64,000 nt of DNA from Candidatus Bathyarchaeota archaeon (GTDB taxonomy: Archaea > Thermoproteota > Bathyarchaeia > Bathyarchaeales > Bathyarchaeaceae), in NCBI GenBank assembly GCA_963697165.1, contig CAVOMX010000017.1:1-64000 (forward strand). Direction: 5' to 3'. The notes beneath the pieces are model-generated. The model had not been told where the DNA came from. It worked only from the letters and a program-made list of their open reading frames with translations, and did no database searches. The position numbers and the translations under genes are program-made. How positions within the stretch are numbered: position 1 is the stretch's first letter; every line of letters begins with the position of its first letter. This document shows, piece by piece, positions 31,329 to 40,913 of the stretch.

Positions 31329-31400
31329 GTATATCCTTTTTGTGTGATGGATATACGAATTTTATTGGTATATCCTTTTAGTCGAAAGGGTATACGAATT
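31329..31400. promoter_or_regulatory. Two tandem dyads GTATATCC-N12-GG(A/G)TATAC, 39-bp period
   Basis: Dyads at 31329-31356 and 31368-31395, each followed by GAATT. Confidence 0.7.
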
Positions 31401-31590
31401 CCCTAATTCCTTATTGTATTCTTATTATATTGATTTGATACTGTTTTTACAGACCAAATTCTTACTGAATCATGCCTGATTCCTATCCATTTTCATTTTT
31501 CTGGTGCAAATGCCCTTGTCTCGTCAAATCAAATAATGTGACAAGGGCATTCAACCCATTTCTTGGATGATAAAACAGGCGTGATTTTTT

Positions 31591-31619
31591 TTGCTTAAAA
31601 TTTAACCCCCACACAAAAT
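31591..31619 (-). repeat. Dispersed motif copy 3 (reverse orientation, degenerate flank)
   Basis: Core CTTAAAATTTAAC at 31594-31606; the minus strand reads TTTTGTGTGGGG-GTTAAATTTTAAG. Confidence 0.6.
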
Positions 31620-31692
31620 GCATAAACAAAGAAAAGAGGTAGAATATGTGATGTGGAAAAAAGAGAGAAAGGTTTTGGTATGAATTTTTTTG

Positions 31693-32649
31693 TTATGTCT
31701 TTTTTGTTCGATAACGTTTGAATCCTACATATCCTATTAGGGTAACAAACATGCTAAGGGTAGCCATTATTGTGCCTAGTGGAAGCTCTGGAACAACGAA
31801 AATGGGACATGGCATTGTACACTCGTTATTTGCTTCGTCGATTTCAACTATTTCAGCTGACGAGTCTGCCCAAGCCTTTATGTTGTATACGTTCAATGCA
31901 ATTCCTGTGGTGTTCCAGGTAAAGGTTACGATTCTAGATTCTCCTGGAGCCAAGGATTCTACATTTATGGTGCCAATTTCTATGCTGTCGTAGTAGCAGC
32001 TAAGGTCAAAAGACTCGGTGTAATTGCCATTATTTCGAACAGTGACATCAATATCAACCAAGTCCCCTGGCAGCGCCTCATTATCACAAACAGTTTGGGA
32101 AACTGCTTCAACATCATGCACCCATTCTGGATCTTCGGTGAATGTGGCGGTTACAGTCTTGTTGCTATCCATAAGGAGGAACTCAGGATTAGCAGAGCCA
32201 CTGAGATCACCGCTCCAACCACTGAACGTCCAACCAGCAGCTGGAGTAGCCGTTAACTGTACAATTGATCCAGCAGCATAAGGTGAACTGCCATTGACGG
32301 CAACAGATCCGCTTCCAACAATATTCACCGTCAAACAATACTCTGGAATCTCTGTGAAGGTGGCGGTTACAGTCTTGTTGCTATCCATAAGGAGGAACTC
32401 AGGATTAGCAGAGCCACTGAGATCACCGCTCCAACCACTGAACGTCCAACCAGCAGCTGGAGTAGCCGTTAACTGTACAACTGATCCAGCAGCATAAGGT
32501 GAACTGCCATTGACGGCAACAGATCCGCTTCCAACAATATTCACCGACAAACTATACTCAGGACTCTGAGCAAACACAAAGTTTGATATTCCTAAAGGTA
32601 CTGTTGTAACTAACAGAAAAGCAATTAAAAAGAAAGCAGATTTCTTCAA
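31693..32649 (-). CDS. Cell-surface protein: two InlB-B-like repeats, CARDB domain, PEF-CTERM-like anchor
   Basis: Signal peptide, two 72-aa repeats (ATPAAGWTFSGWSGD), CARDB-like V.NNG...EIDEANN, then VPELP, a TM helix and a basic tail. Confidence 0.82.
   Translation of the reverse strand: MKKSAFFLIAFLLVTTVPLGISNFVFAQSPEYSLSVNIVGSGSVAVNGSSPYAAGSVVQLTATPAAGWTFSGWSGDLSGSANPEFLLMDSNKTVTATFTEIPEYCLTVNIVGSGSVAVNGSSPYAAGSIVQLTATPAAGWTFSGWSGDLSGSANPEFLLMDSNKTVTATFTEDPEWVHDVEAVSQTVCDNEALPGDLVDIDVTVRNNGNYTESFDLSCYYDSIEIGTINVESLAPGESRIVTFTWNTTGIALNVYNIKAWADSSAEIVEIDEANNECTMPCPIFVVPELPLGTIMATLSMFVTLIGYVGFKRYRTKKT
32137..32561. repeat. Near-identical 216-bp intragenic tandem duplication
   Basis: GTGGCGGTTACAG at 32144 and 32360; ATATTCACCG at 32321 and 32537; few substitutions. 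Confidence 0.92.
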
Positions 32650-32772
32650 GGAGTCTCCCCTTACAAGTTATAGGTGTGTGTATAAATAAAAGCTTAATTG
32701 GTATAATTCTCTAGAAAAACTAGACTGATTTTCTATATATCAATTTATGATTGAAAACCATAAAAGCAAAAA

Positions 32773-32801
32773 TGTTTGGGTTTAGGCTTAAATTTTAAGC
32801 C
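32773..32801 (+). repeat. Dispersed motif copy 4: TGTTTGGGTTTA-GGCTTAAATTTTAAGCC
   Basis: Perfect 17-bp dyad at 32785-32801. Confidence 0.85.
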
Positions 32802-32888
32802 CATCCTTAAGCAACAATATGGGCTACAGCAGTTTATGTCATGGTACAACATTAGTTTCTTAAAGGACTAAAATACAATACAATTGAT

Positions 32889-33356
32889 ATGGCAACTTTA
32901 GTTAGAGAACAGATTCTTTCCCAAATCATGAAGTGGGTGGTTAATTCGGGATTAGACGTTGAATCAATTTCTAACGAGAAACATGATTTTGCGATAACTA
33001 TGTACGAGAATAGGAACCTGCCACAACTGCAAATAATTCACCCAAAAGCAGATACCGCATACGTTCTGGTTGTAGGTCTAGTTAGCATCCCTGAAAGTGA
33101 CCGCAAAAAACTGAAGGAATTAAAACGTGAACAGTTTGATGAATTAATTTGGGATAACAAAATGAGATTACTAACAATGGATGTTGATTTTACAGTATGG
33201 GGTTCTGAGCAGGATCCGGATTCTTGGGAAGTTCAAAAGCGTGTCTTCTTAGACGAAACTAACACAAACCACTTTCATGAAGCATGTCATAAAGTCAAGA
33301 ACGCAATTATAAGCATTATCTGGTCATACAAACGAGAATTAGCAACAACCGCATAG
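32889..33356 (+). CDS. DUF2299-like protein
   Basis: Size and pattern (I.KW..., F..LIWD.K..LL, VKNA) resemble this archaeal family. Confidence 0.55.
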   Translation: MATLVREQILSQIMKWVVNSGLDVESISNEKHDFAITMYENRNLPQLQIIHPKADTAYVLVVGLVSIPESDRKKLKELKREQFDELIWDNKMRLLTMDVDFTVWGSEQDPDSWEVQKRVFLDETNTNHFHEACHKVKNAIISIIWSYKRELATTA

Positions 33357-33377
33357 TCTACCTAAAAACCAGACATA

Positions 33378-34439
33378 TCATCCAAGTTGCTCTGTCCAAT
33401 CGTTATCTTGGTTTAGCAAATCAACAATTATTGTTAGAAGAAGTTTCCATATTTCAGAATGGTGTGCCAAGGTTGGGGATTGATGCTTAACTTGAGCCCA
33501 GTTGGAAAGAAATCGTTTGCGTTCTTCATCAAAATGCGCTTTCCGGGTTTTGTAGACTTCTTTCGCAGGTTGAGGTATCAGAACATGGTATTGAGGCAGA
33601 AGATTAATGATACCTATTTTTTTGCCTACTAATTTCCCTCTCTGTGTCCAATTGTCAACAAATTGGAATCGTTCAGGCTTCAATAAGGTAAGTCGGGCTA
33701 GTTCCAAGCTGAGTCTGAAAGCAATATTCAGATTCACCAATGCATCGCTACATTTGGCTGGAGGCTTTGTAAGCGCTAACAAGTATACTGCGGCGGGGTA
33801 ACCCGATAGTTTTGGTTTTAAAAAATTGTTTTTTACCGAAAAAATCAGTCCATCTTTGATGGATGTTTTGAAGGCTTCCGATTGGATATGTGCCTTAACG
33901 CTTTCCGTGTCATCAGTAGATATTTCTGGTTTCATACTTGGCAACATCAGTTCTAGAATGTCAGCAAAGAGGTAGATACAACTGGAAAAGTCTCTGTGGA
34001 AAAACCCCCACGAATGATTAAACCAAGATTCGATACCACTTTTTTTGATTTTGAGAAGCATGTTAACTGTTTCTAAGTAATTTTTTTGGGTATCATTCAT
34101 TGTTTCTGATTGGTTTATGTGTTTCAAGAGAGCTTCGTCGCTTACGAGGGCAACTGTTTTTTCGGCTTCGTTGTTATTGCTCCATTTATCTTGTATGTAA
34201 TGAAGAGCATTTCCAAGTTCACCGTAGCAATAATCATCATTTTCAAGAAACAGAGCTCTCGCGTTGTCAAGGTTATACAGGATTTTTCCATCTTTCCCAG
34301 TTGCGTGAGGAAAATCCGCATGAGAATCTGGACCCAAAGAGCCGGAAACCAGTGACTGGGTGTCTGCTGGGGATAGGTCTAGTTCGGCTGCAATTTTTTC
34401 TGCCATAATTCTGTGATTAATCGGAAGCAAATAAACCAT
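33378..34439 (-). CDS. Hypothetical protein with N-terminal Zn-dependent phospholipase C/S1-P1-like domain
   Basis: N-terminal H, GSLGPD, PH and LGNALHYIQD are the metal-ligand pattern of this fold. Confidence 0.55.
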   Translation of the reverse strand: MVYLLPINHRIMAEKIAAELDLSPADTQSLVSGSLGPDSHADFPHATGKDGKILYNLDNARALFLENDDYCYGELGNALHYIQDKWSNNNEAEKTVALVSDEALLKHINQSETMNDTQKNYLETVNMLLKIKKSGIESWFNHSWGFFHRDFSSCIYLFADILELMLPSMKPEISTDDTESVKAHIQSEAFKTSIKDGLIFSVKNNFLKPKLSGYPAAVYLLALTKPPAKCSDALVNLNIAFRLSLELARLTLLKPERFQFVDNWTQRGKLVGKKIGIINLLPQYHVLIPQPAKEVYKTRKAHFDEERKRFLSNWAQVKHQSPTLAHHSEIWKLLLTIIVDLLNQDNDWTEQLG

Positions 34440-34454
34440 CCTGAATTGGCGATT

Positions 34455-35021
34455 CTATTGTTCTTCTTTTTTTTCTGGAAATTTTGGCATTCGGTTCATC
34501 CAACGGGTTAACTCGTTGAACATTTCCGTAAACAAAGGCTCCTCACTTACAAGCAACAATGTATATTGTGCCAGTGTCTTGTCATCTAGTTCGTCAGTTA
34601 GTTTTGGCAAGTTAAAATTATATTTTTCAACTATTTTAGGACCGACATCAAATTCTGTGTCAGAAAAGAACGGCAAAATCTCTTTTTCTTTTTTCTTAAA
34701 TTGACCATAAATATCGTTTCGAATATCACAAACCATGGTCTTCATTGTTTCGTTGACTTTTGGTATTTGCTGCTCAAATTCCTTTTTTATTTCTTCTCCG
34801 GATTCTTCTCCTACTAGTGCATTTGCTATTCCTGTAGCCATTGTGCTTGTTGATTGTACCATTATTTCTCCAAAAGCATCCATCATTGCGCTCATAATTA
34901 TCACGCTTGTATTTACGACAGTGTTCATGATTTTTGTTTCCCTAGTTGGCACACTTTGGGAATTACCATTTTCATTTTCACTAGAATGTTTCGCTGTGTT
35001 AGAACGCTTTTCACCTGTCAT
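34455..35021 (-). CDS. Hypothetical protein
   Basis: Open frame; ATG at 35021 has an upstream GAAGTGA SD-like sequence. Confidence 0.6.
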   Translation of the reverse strand: MTGEKRSNTAKHSSENENGNSQSVPTRETKIMNTVVNTSVIIMSAMMDAFGEIMVQSTSTMATGIANALVGEESGEEIKKEFEQQIPKVNETMKTMVCDIRNDIYGQFKKKEKEILPFFSDTEFDVGPKIVEKYNFNLPKLTDELDDKTLAQYTLLLVSEEPLFTEMFNELTRWMNRMPKFPEKKEEQ

Positions 35022-35089
35022 AAAAATCACTTCAAAAAGATTGCTCTGATATTCTAATAACACTTGTGCGAACAACGGTTTGGGCTGGG

Positions 35090-35114
35090 TTGGGTTTTTG
35101 GTTAAAATTTAACC
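35090..35114 (+). repeat. Dispersed motif copy 5: TTGGGTTT-TT-GGTTAAAATTTAACC
   Basis: Perfect 15-bp dyad at 35100-35114. Confidence 0.8.
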
Positions 35115-35294
35115 TCTAACTCTGTTCTTTAGTTGATGCTATCTTTGTCACGAATTGGATTCTTGTTTCTCTGCAGATTTGTTAGTTTGTTTCTTCCTAT
35201 TTTTTTGATGCACATTATATTTCTAAATTAGCTTAATGTCTATATTGTGGAATATTATCTCCAGAACGGGCATCCAAAATAATTAGTTGATGTA

Positions 35295-35846
35295 TCATGT
35301 TTGTTTCCCATAGAATAATCTCATTATTTGTGCTCTAAAAACCCAATACCCAATGTCATAGCGTTTAACTCTACTAAAGATAGCTAAAAAGTAACCCAGA
35401 ATAGAGAATATGTTTCTAAAATCGTGAATCACTCTTTCAAAAACGTGAATGGGTTCATAACCAAGTTTGTATATTTCTTTTCCACGATTGTAATAATATC
35501 TATAAGAATTATGTTGACCGCTTTTCCTTATTAATTTTGGTGGACAAACCCATCCTTTCACAGAACAGTCTTGGTGTAGGAATTTTAACCAAACGTAGCT
35601 ATCTTCAGAACCGACTTCAGCGAATTTACCGTTAAACACCTTTAGAAATGGAGAAACCTTAAGAAGCATCGCATATCCTGATCCACCTAAATAGTCCGTG
35701 TTTGCTTTTTGGTTTTTTTCTATAAACCGAGGCGGAAGTATTGTGTCCGCATCAACTCTTAAGATGTAATCATATTCATGCAAATTGACTTGATTTAATG
35801 CGATATTGAGGGCTGTTGCTATTCTTTTTCCTAAGTAATCATTCAT
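35295..35846 (-). pseudogene. GT2-family glycosyltransferase fragment, apparently 5'-truncated
   Basis: Has the RVDADTILP DxD motif and SED, but lacks the N-terminal nucleotide-binding strand; an in-frame stop lies shortly upstream. Confidence 0.55.
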
Positions 35847-35948
35847 GTTTGGTCTAACGTAAATAATTTCAATTGTGTTTGAACTTTGAGGGAATTATTG
35901 GTTACAAATCTAGCTACTGCTTTTTTTATAAAAAATTTGTGTGTATAA

Positions 35949-37319
35949 TCATAATGTAGTAATTTCATAACCAGCGTTCTTCCAAGCAATCATACCCCCA
36001 AGCATATTATTGATGTCTTGAAAACCTGCTCGAAGTAGAATACTCGCTGCCAAGCTAGCACGATTTCCCACATTGCACACAACTATGATAGAACGATCTT
36101 TTGGTAATTCTGAAACCCGATTTTGTAGATATCCTGAAAAGATATTAACTGATCCAGGAATGTGACCCTGCTCCCATTTTTCATCTTCTCTAACGTCGAG
36201 TATGAACAAGTCATCTTTTTCGTTTAACCACTTCTTTAATTCTTGCACAGAAATTAAACCAAAATGATCCACAGGTAGGGACTGTTTATACCAGCCTTCT
36301 ATCCCTCCCACAAGATACCCTGTTATGTTATCATAGCCTAGTCTGTAAAGATATCGAGTAGCTTTGTTTATGTAATTTTTGTCCTCCAAAATTAACAGGA
36401 TTGATTTATCGTAAGGCAAAGTCCAACCTGCATATGAGGGAATTCTTTCCAACCAGATATTATACGAGTCTTTCAAGTGAGCACCCCCAAATGATGGAGG
36501 TTGACGAGTGTCAACTACAATAGCGCCTAATTTCATCTGGTTTAAGAATGCTATTGGCATAAGAGGTGAAGGATTTGGTAATTTCGTCAATACTGGTGGT
36601 CCTTCCAGATTGTATTTTTCCATTTTCAAAAAGTAAGGGGGCTGATTATGCCGTTCAGTAATTTTATGTTCTATGAATTCTTCTCTTGTTTTCTGTAAAA
36701 GTGGATTAAAGACCCTTTCTATACCTAACGTGCTTTCCTCTCGTTGACTAATATCGCCTCCACAAACTGATCCGGCACCATGGGCAGGAAAAATAAGCAT
36801 TTCATCTCCTAAAGGTAAAAGTTTGTTGAAAATGCTATTATGAAGTGCTTCAGCTAATCTTGGTGCTTCACTTGGTCCATATAGGTCTGTACGTCCAACG
36901 TCTCCAACAAATAATGTATCTCCAGTAAAAACCATTATTGGTCTTTCGCTTAGGTCTAGATCAGCTAAAGCATAAGACATGCTTTCATCTGTGTGACCAG
37001 GTGTCTCTAATGCAATTAGTTTGATTTTTCCAAAGAAAAATTCTTGTCCATCCTGTAACGATTGGCCATATTTGAAGTCTAGTTTGGATCCATGAAAGAT
37101 CTCCGCCCCTGTGTGTTGCGCCAGTTCAATTGAACCAATTACGTAATCTTCATTGCGGTGTGTTTCAAAAATTCCTTTGATTGTCATCTCTTCTTGCTGA
37201 GCCATATCAATAAAAATTTGGCAGTCTCGTCGGGGATCAATAACCATTGCTTCATTTCCCGAGCCTATGAAATATGAATTGTGAGATAATCCTTCAGACT
37301 TAACTTTTTTAATCAACAT
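35949..37319 (-). CDS. MBL-fold hydrolase fused to two rhodanese domains (persulfide dioxygenase/sulfurtransferase-like)
   Basis: Contains ETHRNEDY, TPGHT, FTGDTLF..DVGR and PAHGAGS.CG. Rhodanese domains follow, with GHIPGS and active loop CNVGNRA. Confidence 0.88.
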   Translation of the reverse strand: MLIKKVKSEGLSHNSYFIGSGNEAMVIDPRRDCQIFIDMAQQEEMTIKGIFETHRNEDYVIGSIELAQHTGAEIFHGSKLDFKYGQSLQDGQEFFFGKIKLIALETPGHTDESMSYALADLDLSERPIMVFTGDTLFVGDVGRTDLYGPSEAPRLAEALHNSIFNKLLPLGDEMLIFPAHGAGSVCGGDISQREESTLGIERVFNPLLQKTREEFIEHKITERHNQPPYFLKMEKYNLEGPPVLTKLPNPSPLMPIAFLNQMKLGAIVVDTRQPPSFGGAHLKDSYNIWLERIPSYAGWTLPYDKSILLILEDKNYINKATRYLYRLGYDNITGYLVGGIEGWYKQSLPVDHFGLISVQELKKWLNEKDDLFILDVREDEKWEQGHIPGSVNIFSGYLQNRVSELPKDRSIIVVCNVGNRASLAASILLRAGFQDINNMLGGMIAWKNAGYEITTL

Positions 37320-37490
37320 AAATAATACCTGTTAATAAATTTACTAAATTAGTATATTAATTATTACATTGACTGGGGAAATCGAAAACAATCATGATAA
37401 TTACCAACTGGAATTTGCTATTATCCCTTGTTATTAGTAGTTTTTTTATATGAAAAAGCTTATTTGAAGAGTCAATTTATAAATTATTCC

Positions 37491-37952
37491 ATGTTTCCAT
37501 TAGGTTTTTTTCCATACATTATAGGTGGAATAATAATAGGAATCGGTGTAAGTCTTATTTACATTGCAACAGGACTTCACGCAACACAAAGCAGTTTCTT
37601 TGATACTACAATATCCTTTTTTTCGAAAAGACCATACTTTCTTCAAAAACAGTATCTCGATTCTAGAGGATGGCGCATCACTTTTGCTCTAGGAGTCATT
37701 GTAGGAGCATTCATTTACACAATAACATTAGCTGCGGAAGGTTTCTTCACAACATCAGTAGAATGGTGGAGACTTGCAATTGGGGGTTTTCTTGTAGGAT
37801 TTGGAACAAGACTTTCAAAAGGTTGCACGTCTGGACATGGTATAAGCGGTTTAGCGTCACTATCTACAACTTCACTTGTTGCTGTAATCACATTCATAAC
37901 AGTTGGAATATTAACTGCCCTTGTTATCCAAAGTCTGGGGGTATTGCCTTGA
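37491..37952 (+). CDS. YeeE/YedE family sulfur-compound transporter subunit
   Basis: Contains GGFLVGFGTRLSKGCTSGHGISG. Confidence 0.88.
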   Translation: MFPLGFFPYIIGGIIIGIGVSLIYIATGLHATQSSFFDTTISFFSKRPYFLQKQYLDSRGWRITFALGVIVGAFIYTITLAAEGFFTTSVEWWRLAIGGFLVGFGTRLSKGCTSGHGISGLASLSTTSLVAVITFITVGILTALVIQSLGVLP

Positions 37953-38353
37953 AATCAAAACATGTTTTTGTGTTTATAGGCGGAATATTCTTTGGTTTTG
38001 GCTTAGCAATAGGTGGAATGTCAAAACAAGAAATCGTTCTAAGCTTTCTGCAATTAAAAGATCTGGGACTATTGTTACTACTTGGCGGATCAGCTCTAGT
38101 AACAGCACTAGCAATAAATCTTGTACCCAAAATTTTAAAAAAACCAATATTAGGTGGCGAATTTAAGAAAAGAACCCGAACATTAACCAAAAGAACAATT
38201 ATCGGCGCAATAATTTTTGGCGTAGGTTGGGGACTCTCAGGTTTATGTCCTGGATCAGCAATGGCAAGTCTCGGAATAGGAAATCTTCCAGCCTTAATCG
38301 GTATTGCCGGTATGTTTCTTGGAGCCTACATAATGGGAAGATACTTTACATGA
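37949..38353 (+). CDS. YeeE/YedE family sulfur-compound transporter subunit
   Basis: TTG start overlaps the previous stop; contains FGFGLAIGGM and IFGVGWGLSGLCPG. Confidence 0.88.
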   Translation: MKSKHVFVFIGGIFFGFGLAIGGMSKQEIVLSFLQLKDLGLLLLLGGSALVTALAINLVPKILKKPILGGEFKKRTRTLTKRTIIGAIIFGVGWGLSGLCPGSAMASLGIGNLPALIGIAGMFLGAYIMGRYFT

Positions 38354-38398
38354 GGTTTGAATAAAATAGTCAATATCTGAATTATTGGCTTTATCAAG

Positions 38399-38752
38399 AT
38401 GAAAAAGGTTGTAGATATTCAAGCTCGGGACTTTGATTATGAAATTAAGTCCAATAATCCGGTAGTAGTCGAATTCTGGATAAAATCGTGTGGTAACTGT
38501 AAAAAATTCAAACCCGTTTATTATGAGCTTTCTGAAATTTTTGCTGACAGATTAAAATTCACCAGAATTAACATGTTTGAAAGTATTGAGAATCTTAGAT
38601 TGGCAGAGGGGCTTGGAGTAGAAGAAACACCAACAACTAAACTATTTCACAAAAGTGAAGAAATTGGAGAGATTATTGGATTTACTACACTAGAAACTGC
38701 AACTGAAGAGATTAAAGCAATTATGAAAAAATCAAGTTGTTGCAAAGAATAG
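38399..38752 (+). CDS. Thioredoxin family protein
   Basis: Contains VVEFW..SCGNC and cis-Pro TPT. Confidence 0.88.
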   Translation: MKKVVDIQARDFDYEIKSNNPVVVEFWIKSCGNCKKFKPVYYELSEIFADRLKFTRINMFESIENLRLAEGLGVEETPTTKLFHKSEEIGEIIGFTTLETATEEIKAIMKKSSCCKE

Positions 38753-38842
38753 TAAATACCTCCGTGATAAAAAAGTAAAAAAAGCTTGCAGCACAATTAG
38801 CTTTTAATCTTTTGAATTCAATAGTTAATTTGGGATAATTTT

Positions 38843-40291
38843 ATGTCCAAGAGTATGAATTTAACAATTTTACAAATAAATGACACCCATAGCTACTTTG
38901 AATTGCACAATGAACTATACTGGGTTGGACATAGAGCAAGCCATAAAAAATCCGGAGGATACGCAAGAATTTCCACTCTTTTTAAAGAAATAAGAAACGA
39001 AAAAAATGGAAAAGTGATTACGTTAGATAACGGAGATACAATTCATGGTACATTTCCTGCAGTGAATAGTAAAGGTGAAGCATTAATTCCCATATTGAAT
39101 GAATTAGCTATAGATGCAATGACGGCGCATTGGGAATTTGCATACGGTCCAGATAACTTTAGAAACATAGTCAATAAGCTCAATTTTCCAATGATAGCAA
39201 TTAATTGTTATGAAAAAGAAACGAACAAACTTGTTTTTTCCCCTTTTCACATAATAGATATTGAGGATCTGAGGATAGGAATTATTGGGATTTCGGCTAC
39301 AATTGTGGATAAAACAATGCCTAAACACTTCAGTAAAGGTATTTACTTTACTTTGGGAAACGAAGAATTACCTATATACATTAAGAAACTCCGGGAAAGT
39401 GAAAAAGTAGATCTGATTATTGTTTTGTCTCATTTGGGATACCCACAAGAACTCAAGCTAGCTAAAGAAGTTGGTGGAATAGACGTTTTGTTAAGTGGAC
39501 ATACTCATAACCGTCTTTATGAAGCAGTAGTTGTAAATGGTAGCATAATAATGCAATCGGGTTGTCATGGTTCTTTTGTTGGCAGATTGGATCTTGAAGT
39601 GAGGAACGGTAAGATTCATAAATTTCAGCATAAATTAATCAATGTTGATGAAACAATAAAACCTGACCCAAATGTTGATTGTTTTGTCAACAAAGCTTTA
39701 GATAAACATCGAGATATGTTAAATCTTGTTGTAGGAAAAACCAAAACTATCCTTAATCGATACCACGTAATGGAATCTACAATGGATAATTTTTTACTCC
39801 AAACTCTGATTAAAGTTAGTGGAAAAAAAATTGCATTTTCTAATGGATGGCGTTACGGAGCGCCTGTTCTGACTGGATACATAGTAATGAATGATCTTTG
39901 GAACATCATTCCCACTAATCCAAAAGTTTCAATTTGTAATATTAGTGGAGCAGAGCTTTGGGATATGATGGAAGAGAATCTGGAACATACATTTTCTTGT
40001 GACCCATACAAACAAATGGGGGGTTATGTGAAAAGATGTTTAGGTCTAAACATTTATTTCAAAGTAGAAAATCCTGAGGGAAAGAGAATTCAAGAGTTTT
40101 TTGTAAATGGAAAAAGGGTGAATAAGTCAAAAATGTATAGCACATGTTTTGTGACAACCCAAGGTGTTCCAGAGAGATATGGCAAAGATCGGGAAAGCCT
40201 GGAGATTAATGCAATAGATGCTCTTGAAGAATATTTAGAAAAAAATAAGTTAGTTTCTGCAGAATTAAGAAGAACAATAGTACCAATTTAG
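38843..40291 (+). CDS. 5'-nucleotidase-family metallohydrolase, SoxB-like
   Basis: Contains NDTH, DNGD, TAHWEFAYG, SHLG, LSGHTH, SNGWRYG and FSCDPYKQMGG; no signal peptide. Confidence 0.8.
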   Translation: MSKSMNLTILQINDTHSYFELHNELYWVGHRASHKKSGGYARISTLFKEIRNEKNGKVITLDNGDTIHGTFPAVNSKGEALIPILNELAIDAMTAHWEFAYGPDNFRNIVNKLNFPMIAINCYEKETNKLVFSPFHIIDIEDLRIGIIGISATIVDKTMPKHFSKGIYFTLGNEELPIYIKKLRESEKVDLIIVLSHLGYPQELKLAKEVGGIDVLLSGHTHNRLYEAVVVNGSIIMQSGCHGSFVGRLDLEVRNGKIHKFQHKLINVDETIKPDPNVDCFVNKALDKHRDMLNLVVGKTKTILNRYHVMESTMDNFLLQTLIKVSGKKIAFSNGWRYGAPVLTGYIVMNDLWNIIPTNPKVSICNISGAELWDMMEENLEHTFSCDPYKQMGGYVKRCLGLNIYFKVENPEGKRIQEFFVNGKRVNKSKMYSTCFVTTQGVPERYGKDRESLEINAIDALEEYLEKNKLVSAELRRTIVPI

Positions 40292-40405
40292 AAACACTAA
40301 ACTATAGTTGAAGCTGATTGAATATCACTTTCCAATTTGCTACTTAGCTTAAGATTCCATTTGAATTACAAGCCAAAACTCAAATAATCAAAGGAGGAGC
40401 TGAAA

Positions 40406-40810
40406 ATGAACGAAATTAATGAACAAGAAGTTCTAGCAAAAATCCGTACCTTATTAGCTTTAGAAAGAAATTATCTTGCAGAAGAAAGGACTGCAATGGC
40501 TGAATTTAGAAACGGTTTGGCACTTATAGTTATTGGTCCTACAGTGATTACAATAATAGCATATACATTGTCAGTTTTTACTGTAGAAAAATCAATTTTT
40601 TTGGATGTATTAAATTTTGCATTTTTTGGTATATTATCGATTGTTGGAATATGGATAAGTTTTCGTTCACAATCCAAATTAAGGATAATTAGGAAAAAGA
40701 AGGCAAATATTAAAAATCGAACAATTGAAATTAGTAAATCCTCTAAAGAAATCTACAATCTTCTATGTGATTGTTTAGACGATAATGATGAGGACGGCAA
40801 TCTTCTCTAA
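40406..40810 (+). CDS. DUF202 (YidH-like) membrane protein
   Basis: Contains RNYLAEERT.MA.FR.GLA and two TM segments. Confidence 0.8.
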   Translation: MNEINEQEVLAKIRTLLALERNYLAEERTAMAEFRNGLALIVIGPTVITIIAYTLSVFTVEKSIFLDVLNFAFFGILSIVGIWISFRSQSKLRIIRKKKANIKNRTIEISKSSKEIYNLLCDCLDDNDEDGNLL

Positions 40811-40913
40811 TTTTTTCACAGGACAAGATTGTGAATAGCCAAAGCATTAAGCTTGCATTTGGAAACTCGATTTAACTAATAATTAGGTATTAATGCAATA
40901 TCAATCACTAAAG

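Noticed and set aside
27473..35114. Classical integron attC array
   Set aside because: The motif is a short 13-17-bp dyad without the RYYYAAC...GTTRRRY long-hairpin layout, and the recombinase is not recognisably IntI.
38843..40291. Complete Sox sulfur-oxidation pathway
   Set aside because: No soxA, X, Y, Z, C or D in the window and no export signal, so the soxB symbol was withheld.
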